Shown here in pieces: positions 39,780 to 50,698 of a DNA stretch of 64,000 nt. The stretch is from Lama glama (Eukaryota): the NCBI GenBank assembly GCA_028534125.1, contig CM052816.1, positions 40,178,001 to 40,242,000 on the forward strand, written 5' to 3'. The translations under genes were made by a program, and so were the position numbers. The notes beneath the pieces were generated by a model that saw only the letters and a list, made by a program, of their open reading frames with translations, was not told the origin of the DNA and ran no database searches. Every line of letters starts with the position of its first letter. Positions within the stretch are counted from its first letter, which is position 1.

Positions 39780-40748
39780 TTATATAGTTTCTCAGCTGAG
39801 TCTAAGCTATATTTAACCATGGCAGAACTGGGCATGTCTGGCAGATTGATTGAGAGGGATAGGCCAGAAGCATTTTTTGCATGAATTACAAAGAACCCTT
39901 CAGAGAAAGAATTTACCTTAAGGGGACAACCTGTAATTTGGCACAATGAGAAAGCCTCTCCTGAGCTTTGAGAGGAAAGGGCAGTTCAGACTACAGCATG
40001 GCCCCTGTCCCTCACAGTTGTCCTCTTACCCACCTGTTATGGGGCTGGGGCTGAATCCTGGAAATCGTTTGGCTGAAGGACAAAGCCTGGAAAAATATTC
40101 TCCTAAAATTTCAGTAAGATATTGAGGATATATGACATCATACACAATGACAAGAGTGTAGTATGCTCACAAACATAGTTCCAGTTCGCTGACTGCTCCA
40201 AATGATGTCCAGGTGTAGTACTGCTTTGACATACCAAGGGGACATACATGTAAAGGCAGTAACAGGTTCCAGGGCCCAGGTGGAAGGACAGACACCTCAC
40301 TTGACACTTCGCTTGATAAAGGGGACCTCAAGAGTAGTGGTGTCTGGTGCCTGTAATTAGGAAGCAGCAGGAGTTAATGTCAGTGTGACAGGTGGTACCA
40401 AGTAGGACTCCCATAGGACCCCTTGGCACAGAAAGCAGATCCCTCGAACACTCAACTATGGCAGTAGCGAGAAATCTTCTTAAATGTACGTAGTGAGTTG
40501 TACTAAATGGGGTCAGAGCAAAAGAGCAGGGAGAGGGGAGAGGGAAGAGGTATGCACTGATATGGATGATGAAGAAAGTTGTTCTTGAATCATACGGTAA
40601 CATGACCCCTGACCAGAGACTTCCCCCAAACTAAGAGATGTCGTGAACCGGGCTAAAGTTCTCATACAAGTGGGCAGTTGTAAGAACAGAAAACACTTTT
40701 TGCTTTTGTTATTCAGATCATGAAAATTTTAAGATCCTTCCTATGACA
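39780..40748 (+). mobile_element. Possible ancient LTR (MamGypLTR-like)
   Basis: ~1 kb purine/GC-elevated block ending ...gggcagttgtaagaacagaaaacactttttgc...cctatgaca, loosely like mammalian Gypsy-type LTR 3' ends. Confidence 0.3.
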
Positions 40749-41084
40749 GTTACAAGAGCTTGTTGGAATACCAAAAATATCTATCAAATCTTCACTTTTG
40801 CAAATGAAAGATGATGGGTTTGGAGTTCCGCTGATATACATCTGATATTTATGGATTGAACATTACATAATTTGTGAACAAAAACAGTTTTGTCTCCTTT
40901 TATATTCATATGCCTTATTCATAGTTGTCTTATTAATTATATGTCCTCAGTTCTGTGGTCTAGAATATCTAGCATGAGGCCTAGGGTGTGAATTTTAAGG
41001 GGTCTCTCACTCAGAGGATTGTGTAAATGTTGACATTGTCTTTACTGTCCTTGCCCTACTCTGGGAGTACATCCTTGTCATGCT

Positions 41085-41360
41085 CCTGATTTAATTGGAA
41101 TACTTTTGAAATTTGACCATTAAATATGATGTTTGCTTAATTTTACCATTAAGCATCATATAGGTTTTTGAAAGGTCCTCATTATTCAATTAAGAAACGC
41201 ATCTTGCATTTCTAGTTTGCTGTTAGTTTTTAAATTAATATTGAATCTAAACAATTGCTCTTTCTATATTATTTGATATGCTTGTTTTTTAAATCCAGTA
41301 CTCAGTCAGTACAGCTGATTACATTAATATAGGTCTATAATGCTCATTCCTGAGGTAATC
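41085..41360 (-). mobile_element. Old L1M ORF2 fragment
   Basis: accattaaatatgatgtttgc...taggtttttg...tttctagtttgctgttagttttt. Confidence 0.7.
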
Positions 41361-41569
41361 TCCTTTTCTGTAAAGTCCAATTCAAACACCACTTTTGATC
41401 TGTCAGCCAAAAGTAATGTCTTCCTCCCTCCTCTAAACTGCTACTGCACTGTTTACTTTTCCTGTGTACTTTAGCACATTCTACATTGTACTGTATCTAG
41501 ACATGTACATGTTGTTCTCTTACTCCATTCTTCCTTGTTATGCAAAGAATAAAGGATTGAAAGCCAGAG

Positions 41570-41750
41570 AAGTTGAAATGGATTCAAAGTCTCCACTTGA
41601 AAAATATTTCTAAGGCTCAGTTTCCTGTTATATAAAATAAAGACTATAATGCATGCCTTTCTTGCCTTAGAGACATTTTTAAGTATCTAAATGAGATATG
41701 TTGAGCATAGTATTCTGTAAATGTTGAAAGTTTCATATATATTACTTTTA
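41570..41750 (+). mobile_element. MIR SINE
   Basis: ctcagtttcctgttatataaaataaagactataatgc...aaatgagata. Confidence 0.6.
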
Positions 41751-42261
41751 TTATTGATCATTAAGGTTCAAAATTTGCAAAAATTTTACTCAACATTTAC
41801 TGTATTTGGAGAAAAAAATTACCTTGAGAAGTCCTCCAGGTTTTTATTTTAATACCATCCTACAATGAACAGTAACAGCAGTAGTCATACTGAAGGGATT
41901 AGCAGTTATCTTTTCATGCATTATAAATCAGATTGCCTTGTGGCTCACCACACAACCTGTGAATGCTGCATACCCCTGCTAGAGATGGCAGATACAACTA
42001 GTGCAAAAGGGTCATTACTCTGCTTTAGTCTCAAAGACTATTTCTTGAGATCCCAGTGAGAAAATGATCTTGAAAGGAAGAATTTGTGAAAAGAATGAAA
42101 GTTTCCAAATTCTAAAAATTTCCCATTGCAGATACAAAACAACGTTTGGGCATCAGCTCATCAATTATTACCATAAGTCACTGGGGTATGGTAAACTCAG
42201 GATATCCCGTAGGGCAAATAAAATAAAACCATTTTAGTTTCACTGTTTAGGAAATGAGCCA

Positions 42262-42750
42262 TCTCTGTTAGTGATTGTTATATAAAAAACAATACCAAAA
42301 CTTATTGATTTACCAATTACTATTTATCCACAAATTGTGTATGAAGTTATGCTGCTCTGACTTGCTCAAGGTCATGTGTCTGCAGTTAGCTGGGAAATCT
42401 TCAGGGGCTACTGATACAAGGTGATCTTGGCTGGGATGAAATCAATTCTGCTTCACATGATTTTTTATCCTTCAGCATTTTATCTCAGGTTTGCTTTCAT
42501 GGTGAAAGCTAGGGACCAAATACATAGAATTAAACTATAAAACACCTCTAAGGGCCTAAGCTTGGAAATTTGCACAGCATTACTTATGCCCACTATATTC
42601 CGTTGGTAAAAGTAGATCACAGGGCCAGCCCGAATTCAGAGTGGAGAAATAGACTCCACCTCTTGATGGGCAGAACTATACATTAATACTGCAAAGGACG
42701 TGAATATTTGGAGGAATAGAGAGTTGGGGACATTTTTGCAAACTACTGCA
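42262..42750 (-). mobile_element. MaLR LTR (MLT1H-like)
   Basis: gtgtctgcagttagctgg...cacagggccagcccgaattcagagtggagaaatagactccacctcttgatggg. Confidence 0.85.
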
Positions 42751-45584
42751 CCTATCCACAGCAAAATTGTATAATGGAAATATTAAATATGGAGGCCAAA
42801 AAGTCAAAAGCCAAGAGGTCTTGGCTTTACTCTCATTTGGTTATATGCAGAGTGACAGCCACAGGGTTCCACTGCCCAGTAGGACGTTATAAGAGGAGCC
42901 TTGATTAGAATTAGTAGCTCTCCCCTGGCTCCCATGGGTATTGAGGTGAATGTGATTAGGTTTTTCTGCCTGCCCCGTGGGAGACAAGGAGGTGATAACT
43001 AACTTGCCAGTCAAGACCTACTGTGCAATCCACATGGCAAGGAGTAAGCTACAGAAGCTGGGGCTAAACATTCCAAATAAAGATCATACACATAATGTTG
43101 CTTATATACACAGAAGTTTGTACCATTAATAAGAAATTAAAGAACTATCAGTCCCTGACTGGGTGAAAAAACAATTTATATGATCTCTAGCTCTAGAGGC
43201 CAACAAAGAACTAAAAGATAACACACAGATTTTTTTTATCCTCTTTCCCCCAACCCCCAACACGTTGAGGTCAAGTGAACTACCCCATATATGTTGGATG
43301 GGAGAAAGGTTTCCATCTCGGAGTGGAGAAATATTGGAGCAGGACCAGAACACTGACAACTGAACATTTACTCAAAATAGACAAGAGTGACAAAGTTATC
43401 TGAAAAGAAGATGCACGTATCAGAAAGGACTGAAATACCGTGATTTGGAAACTTGAAAAAAAAAAACTATTACTCAATGATTGAGGAGTTAAGATTATAT
43501 CAGATACATAAACTATAAAAAGTCAGGCTTCTTTGCATATCAGAGAAGCAGTAAGGGACAGTTCTAGATTTTATGGAGACTGTACAAGAGAAATGAAACA
43601 GTGTATACCATTTACAAATATGACACAAGCATGTGACCCTGTGAACACTTCCTGAAGTCTTCAAGATTTCAGAAGGGACTCGTCCAAGTCACGTCTGAAG
43701 GGGACCTGAAACTGCTGCATCATTAGCTTCACAGTAAATCTCCCTCTGATTGTGGCATATTAAATACTAGAGGTTTTTATAAGTGTACCATCATCGGACT
43801 TCTCTCCTCTTCTACAGATGTTTCTGTAACGGGCTAAGGGGTACTTGCACCTGTTAGGAGGCAAAGCAAAGGTATTAAGGTATTTAGAGCAGAACATGTT
43901 TCTGCAGGTAAAAAGGCTATTTACTTCCTTCTCTTCTGAGTTCAAATAGAAATGATCACTTTATAGGTCTTGGTTGGAAATTGTCTTAAGTATGTCTTCA
44001 AAAGCCTTGAATACTTAGGTATTATATGCTGGCAGCAAGGCCATATGAATGGGGTGGCTGAAGATCCTAGGATAGAGAGGCCTGAGAGTTTCCTGCAGCT
44101 CCCTGAGGTCATGGAGAGGAAGCACCATTGCCTATTCTCCCCAGTTACTTTTCTCCCAGTTCCTCAGATCTAAACATCATGTCAGCTCAACAAGAGGGTC
44201 TCTGACATGCATTGCAAATTTCTCCTCACTTCACAGCATTTCCCTTTGATTATCAGGACCTAGCAGAATGTTAAAGTTTCCTGTTCTACTTTGGTAAGCC
44301 CATATCTGACCCTCTTCCTCAAACTCTGTTCAGTCTTTCACCATCCTTGTGGCCAAAATTGTATTCACAACAAACTTCATGAGCTGAGTTTCACCTGCTG
44401 AATGTTCATGTCCAGTCTCTCTCATGGAATAGGGTCATCTGTCATTAGATTGCCATCATCATTCCCACAGAAAGTTTGTTTCACTCAAACCTACACTGAA
44501 ACGACTTTTATAATTCTAGTCTATTGTGATCTAATAATTAATAAGTCATTATTCATTCTTTACCTGAGTCACTTAATTTTCCTATGTATGTGAAAAGAAT
44601 TTATCCAGTCGAACTTCATTCTATGTGTTTCTCAATACTTTATAACATGTCAAGATTTTAATATAGTTTGACATTGTTATTTTATATTTAAACAATGATA
44701 CAAAACACTCCTGTTTAAAATTCAGTAAATTTTAAATTGTTATTGTCCTTATGTAGTTGCCACTTAAGTAGTATTTCAGAATTGCAGTTTATAGTTATGA
44801 GTGCTAAAAATTCACAAGTTTTCATATCTTCCTGTTGACCAAAAGAACAACTCTTCCTATATGTTCTGTCTTTTTGCCTCATAGTTCATTGAACTATGAA
44901 AACCTACTCAACTATTTGAAATTGATTTTGTAATGTTACTAAAATACAATCTGAGATTCTAATCTTTCAGCACACCGTGATCTCACTCTAAAAGTTTCAG
45001 AGATGAGAAGATATATAGCTGTGCAATGTTTATAGAGTGTTTTATACTACTTCTTAACACTGCAACATAAGGCAATCTGCTCATATAATTTCAACACTCT
45101 TTTTCTATAGTCAAAGACTATATTTAGAAAAACATAAAAGTTGAATCTATCTTATGTAAGAAACCAATTTTTATGCCTTGACTGTCATTTCCTTTGTAAC
45201 AATGGCTAAGCTAATATGAATACAGGTACTTTCATTTCAGTGAGAAATCATATAGAATAAAGGTCTTCACCAGCCCCTGTTTATACAGCATTCAGTCTGT
45301 CTAATGAAGATGTCATGCTTGTATAAAGTGTTTATAACTGCTGTGTTAGAGGTCCCTCCAACACAAATGGGCCACGTCACTTTATAAGGATCAAGCACCC
45401 ACTGACTTGAGCCCACTCTTAGAAACTTGAAGCGTGTCTGGCCAGTCAAGTTACTGACTCCACGTAAAAATTCACCAGGCAACATGAATGAAAGAGAATA
45501 TTTCTTAAAATATTCTATTCTTAAAATATGTTAGATGTGATAAAAAAAAAAGGAAACTGTCATGGCATAGAGAGAAAGTAGAAA

Positions 45585-45740
45585 GTAGATCTGAAGTTTA
45601 ACAGTGTCACTGTCACACTTTGGTGTGAGCTGGTTGAGCATTTCTCTCTCTAAGCCTCAGTCTGCTTGTCTGTTAACTTTCTGTGATTAAACTGAAGTAA
45701 CGTTTTCTAAAAAATACTCCATGAGCTCTACAACCATGAA
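45585..45740 (+). mobile_element. MIR SINE
   Basis: ggtgtgagctggttgagcatttctctctctaagcctcagtctgcttgtctgt. Confidence 0.6.
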
Positions 45741-45789
45741 ATTATCTTTGCAAAAAAAAAGAAAAGTGAAAAAGGAGTGGGGTCTAAGG

Positions 45790-45990
45790 AAGTATGGAGA
45801 GAATGCTCACTAAACCAGTAGGTTCACAGTGCAAACTAATGAGACCCTGAGTATCTTGGCAGTAAAGAAATGTCTTACACTGTATTCTTTTATGAATGTA
45901 TTTAAACAGAAATTCCCTTCCAAACTCTCTTTTTACATAATACCTATTAATATACCAAGGAAATACTATTCTAAGAGATTCACATTCTGA
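45790..45990. mobile_element. hAT-Charlie MER fragment (MER112-like)
   Basis: cataatacctattaatataccaaggaaatactattctaagagattcacatt resembles a Charlie-type terminus. Confidence 0.4.
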
Positions 45991-46385
45991 GAGTTTGATT
46001 TTTAAGGTTCTTCTGACTTTGATATATAATGCTTCTCTGCAAACTTGACTCTCTCCAAAAGTGGATTTCCTGCTTTTTAAGTTCCTGGATGAAGAGTTTC
46101 CTCATATGTGGCATTCCCCTCTCCAGTTTTGCCTGTGCAGGAGCAGTCACTGCCTTGGAGTTGCTCCAGTCATCCAGAGGGATGAGCCACCATACAGTCA
46201 TCCTCTTGGCCTCTGCTCTGGTCATCTTCCTGAAGTGTGCTCCCTGGGCTCGGCCCAGGGCTCACATCCAGGTCCCAGGCCAGCACAGTCTTCCACAGTC
46301 CACAGCAGTGTTCACTTCTACTCAGACTCTGGTTAACAGCATGGAGTCTGGGAACCTTCACCCACCGCACCACCTCTACCTAGAC
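45980..46385 (-). pseudogene. Candidate processed pseudogene/retrocopy fragment of an unidentified mRNA
   Basis: Abrupt GC-rich island in AT-rich context, rich in TG/CA (CpG-decay pattern), intronless, G-rich 5' half grading into an A-rich coding-like 3' half on the minus strand; parent not recognised. Confidence 0.45.
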
Positions 46386-46855
46386 AGAGCTGAATTTGAG
46401 CTCCATAAAAGAAAGAGCATTCTACTTTATGATATAAAAAGCCAGCTCTTTGGTAACCTTCCACAAGTCCATAGATGGTTAAGCTGCAAATAAGCAGAAC
46501 AGCTTCAAAAGGAACAACTATCACTGAAAATGTAGCCCATAATCAACCCATTATTTGGTGCAATAGCTGCTAAAGGATCCATTATCACAGGCTGAAAAAG
46601 TATTTCTCTCTCCTATGGAGCTTACCTTCTATCCCAGGCTGCACAAAACTCATGGTAACTGACTGTTTCCTCATCTTGTCCTGACGTTTTCCCAGCCTTC
46701 TTGGAATCCCCTCTCACTCACTTATATTCTTCAAGGAGGCACACTTTACTGGATATTACCTACATTCAACATACTGTTTTGTTTAGAGTTAATACTTAAT
46801 ACGAGTCTGACCCCACTACTCAATAAAATTTAATCTAAGAAAAATACACCAGACT

Positions 46856-47180
46856 GTATTAGTTGAGAATCTTCCATCTTTAAGTAACTTAATGAAAACT
46901 AGGTTAAATAAAAAAGGAAATATATCAGCTCAAATAACTGAAATGTTTAAAAAATATGCTCTAAGTGAGGCTTAATTCAGCACTCAACAATGTTATAAAA
47001 TACCTGTTTCCTTCCATTATATATTCTTTGCCCTAAGTGTTGTGTTCCATCATAAGACTGACTTAACCTCGTGGTAAGTTATTCTGTAATTGAGTTTCAG
47101 AGACCATGTGCTTTACCGTTCAGATCAAGCAGAATTAGTGAGAAACCCACCTTTCCTGAAGATCATACAATAGTCTCAAG
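46856..47180 (-). mobile_element. MaLR LTR fragment (MLT1K/L-like), interrupted by L1
   Basis: tgtattagttgaga...aaataaaaaaggaaatatatcagctcaaataactgaaa...ggcttaattcagcactcaacaatg. Confidence 0.6.
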
Positions 47181-47181
47181 C

Positions 47182-48255
47182 TTTATTATTATTTTGTTAA
47201 ATTTTATTTTATTTTATTTATTAAAAAAAATTTTTACTTAAGTACAGTCAGTTACAATGTATCAATTTCTGGTGTACAGCACAATGTCCCAGTCATGCAT
47301 ATACATACATATATTCATTTTCATATCCTTTTTCATTAAAGGTTATTCAAGATATTGATTATAGTTACCTGTGCTATACAGAAGAGACTTTAAAAAAATC
47401 TATTTTTATATATAGTGGCTAACATTTGCAAATATCAAACTCCCAAATTTATCCCTTCCCTCCCCCTTTACCCAGTAACCTTAAGATTGTTTACTATATG
47501 TGCAAGTCTATTTCTGTTTTGTAGTTGAGTTCATTCGTGTCCTCTTTTTTCTTTCTTATTCTCCTTTTTTTTCTCTCAGAATCCACATATGAGTGATATT
47601 ATATGGTATTTTACTTTCTTTTCTGGCTTACTTTACTTAGAATGACAATCTCTGGTTCCATCCATGTTGCTGCAAATGGCATTATTTTATTTTTTTTTTT
47701 ATGGCTGAGTAGTATCCCATTGTATAAATATACCACAATTTCTTTATGCAGTCACCTATAGATGAACATTTAGGTTGCTTTGATGTCTTGGCTATTGTAT
47801 ATAGTGCTGCTGTGAACACTGGAGTACATGTATCTTTTCAAGTTAGAGTTCTCTCCAGATATATACCCAGAAGTGGGATTGCTGGATCATAGGTTAAGTC
47901 TATTTTTAGTTTTTTTCTCCATACTGTTTTCCATAATGGCTGCACAAAACTACATTCCTACCAACAGTGTAAGAGGGTTCCCTTTTCTCCACACCCTCTC
48001 CAGCATTTATCATTCGTGGATTTTTGAATGATGGCCATTCTGACTGGTATGAGGTGATGCCTCGTTGCAGTTTTGATGTGCAGTTCTCTGATAGTGATAT
48101 TGAGCATTTTTTTCATGTGCCTATTGGCCATGTGCATGTCTTCATTGAAGAATTGCTTATTTAGGTCTTCTGCCTATTTGTGGACTGGGTTGTTTGTTTG
48201 TTTTTGTTATTAAGTTGTATGAGCTGTTTATATATTCTGGAAACTAAGCCTTTGT
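47182..48255 (-). mobile_element. L1 3' end (ORF2 end and 3' UTR), lineage-specific, 5'-truncated
   Basis: T-rich tail, then agtacagtcagttacaatg..., catccatgttgctgcaaatggcatt, gtgggattgctggatcata, catttt...tcatgtgcctattggcca. Confidence 0.95.
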
Positions 48256-48783
48256 GTTCTTTCATAACCACGTACCCCTTACATGTGGAATTTCACTTGC
48301 GTTTCTGTTCTATATAAATGAGAGAGGCAAACTGAAGAATTTATTACAGAAAGATTCTTTGTTTAACCTAATAATTTGCTACAGGGCTCTTGAAAAAAAA
48401 AACTGCACTCTCGTTATGTTTAAATTTATTTTAAAACTTTACTTGACATGTCCAAGAGTAATTGTTTAAAGTGAGATGTACTATAATAAATCTTTTAAAA
48501 AAATGTATTCTTTTAGATTGCTTACTAAAATTTTGAAGAAGTAGAAAAATGCAGCACCCTTCTCCCCAGATGTACTGGTCTATTGCTTATATAAACTAGA
48601 CAGCAAAGCTCTAGGCTGAAGATGCCTGCAGGCTGGGGATATATGCCTCACACTTAAACATATGGTGATATTCTCCCAGGTTAAGTCAGGGGAAATTGAA
48701 ATGACTGTTCCCAACAAGTTAAACAGAGGTGTTTGTTGATCTGCTTACCCACTTATTTTTGAATAAGTATGTACTCTATTTCT

Positions 48784-48942
48784 TTTTTTTTTTTGCAACT
48801 CATAGACAAAGCATTTATTTCTCACATAGATAAAGAACTCCTATAATTCCATAAGAGAAAGAAACCAACTCATTAGAAAAATAAGAATGAATGGAATAAG
48901 AATATGAACAAAACATAGATTTTTAAAAATGCAGTTGGTTCC
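48784..48942 (-). other. L1 3'-transduced flank with distal poly(A)
   Basis: Lies between L1 tail (48943-48950) and a second T12 tract (48783-48794); AATAAA (minus) at 48819-48814; inside the TSD. Confidence 0.8.
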
Positions 48943-49333
48943 TTTTTTTTAACATTTTTTATTGATTTATAATCATTTTACAATGTTGTGTCAAATTCCA
49001 GTGTAGAGCACAATTTTTCAGTTATACATGAACATATATGCATTCATTGTCACTTTTTTTCTCTGTGAGCTACCATAAGATCTTGTGTATATTTCCCTGT
49101 GCTATACAGTATAATCTTGTTTGTCTATTCTACAATTTTGAAGTCCTGTCTATCTCTTCCCACCCTCCGCCCCCTTGGCAACCACAAGTTTGTATTCTAT
49201 GTCTATGAGTCTGTTTCTGTTTTGTATTTATGCTTTGTTTGTTTGTTTTTAGATTCCACATATGAGCGATCTCATATGGTATTTTTCTTTCTCTTTCTGG
49301 CTTACTTCACTTAGAATGACATTCTCCAGGAGC
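48943..49333 (-). mobile_element. Young camelid-type L1 3' end, 5'-truncated
   Basis: tttattgatttataatcattttacaatgttgtgtcaaattccagtgtagagcac...ttagaatgacattctccaggagc; TSD ctatttct at 48776-48783 and 49333-49340. Confidence 0.95.
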
Positions 49334-50379
49334 TATTTCTAATATACAAAATATTTCTAAAATATCTTTAAGTGAAAAGAACTGTTAAGACACTTTCAAA
49401 TAATCATTAATAAATTTAAGAATTTTTAGTATTTTTGTGATCTATGAAGCCACAATTACATTCTGAAAATGAATTGTAAAATTCTTCAGGACTCTCTTTT
49501 TTTCTGAAAAGAAGATGTAAATTTGGTAAGGTCATCTACCCTGCGAACAGAGAAGAGTCACTGACACACTGCTCTGAGTCAGTGTGGAAATTTGCCTAGA
49601 AGCAGGGGTTGTGTACTCGTAATTGACCTGCCAGTTTGAAATCTTTCCTTGGCATCAGTGACTTCCTACAGAGTTGAAAATACTGTCCATCTTGAGCTCA
49701 GATAGCATATTTAGCCTGAATCAATATGGTGTACAACATAAAACTCCTAGACGAGTGGAAAAATTATGAATTTTTAATGAAAGAAAAAATAATCTCTAGC
49801 TGTTGGATTCTAAATATTGGATTTAAAATATCTTCACGTATCTCTGAATCATTATTGCCAAGGAATTTCTATTAGTGACGTACATTCTTAGAGAGTAAAT
49901 TTTCATTTCTATGAGAATCATGGACACTTGATCAACTAGTATGATAACTTGTAAGATTTTTGATGCAGAAAAAAAGTAGGCCTGCTATTTTGCTTCAGGC
50001 TGACTCTCTCTGACACCATAAGTTTCCAAACTCTCCTGATGAAATGTGTGCTGCGAAGCTCCTTGCTGCAATGGCAGACATAATTGTGGGTGACTGGCTG
50101 TTTGGAACTCCTCTCTTAATCTATAGCTGTCTTGGTATGTTCCTTCAAGAGAAAATGTTGGGGTCCTCAAGAGTGAATTTCACACCCTTCATATCCTTTC
50201 CTCATTTAAAAATTTTATCTGTGAAATATCTCTGTTCCATAGTGTATGTTTACTATGCCCTACTGTTAGATATTCTTGCAAGATTAATATCTGTAAAACT
50301 ATATATCTGATAACTTTTATTTATGAGTTTTGACCCAGAATTATATTAAAAAATATAAATTGCTTATCTTAGCCCTAGT

Positions 50380-50698
50380 CATCTTCCTCCCCTTCCCCTA
50401 ATTTTTCCTGTGTGTATTTTTGAGTATCTTGCTCCTTAGTTAGAGTGACTCATGCCAAGGTTTATGTGCCTCCACCATGGGGGCAAAGTCAGAGAGGGAC
50501 TCCTGCCCAAATTAATGGCTCTGAGAGATGAAGAAAAATCAGCCATGGAAACATTATTCAAGCCGTTAGGTCCAGCCATGCATAAAGTCACTTCTGCTTT
50601 TGAACTTTTATGTTAATGTAAACCAGTATGTTTCCTCTTTGCTTAAAACAGTTTGCGTATGTACTTTTGAACTTGCAACATTAAGAGTCTCAATTTAC
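50380..50698 (+). mobile_element. MaLR LTR (MLT1J/K-like)
   Basis: ggtccagccatgcataaagtc...tttcctctttgcttaaaacagtttg...acttgcaacattaagagtctcaatttaca. Confidence 0.7.

Noticed and set aside
46029..46493. Longest ORF (154 aa, plus strand)
   Set aside because: Antisense to the retrocopy-like insert; a by-product of GC-rich sequence with no recognisable domain.
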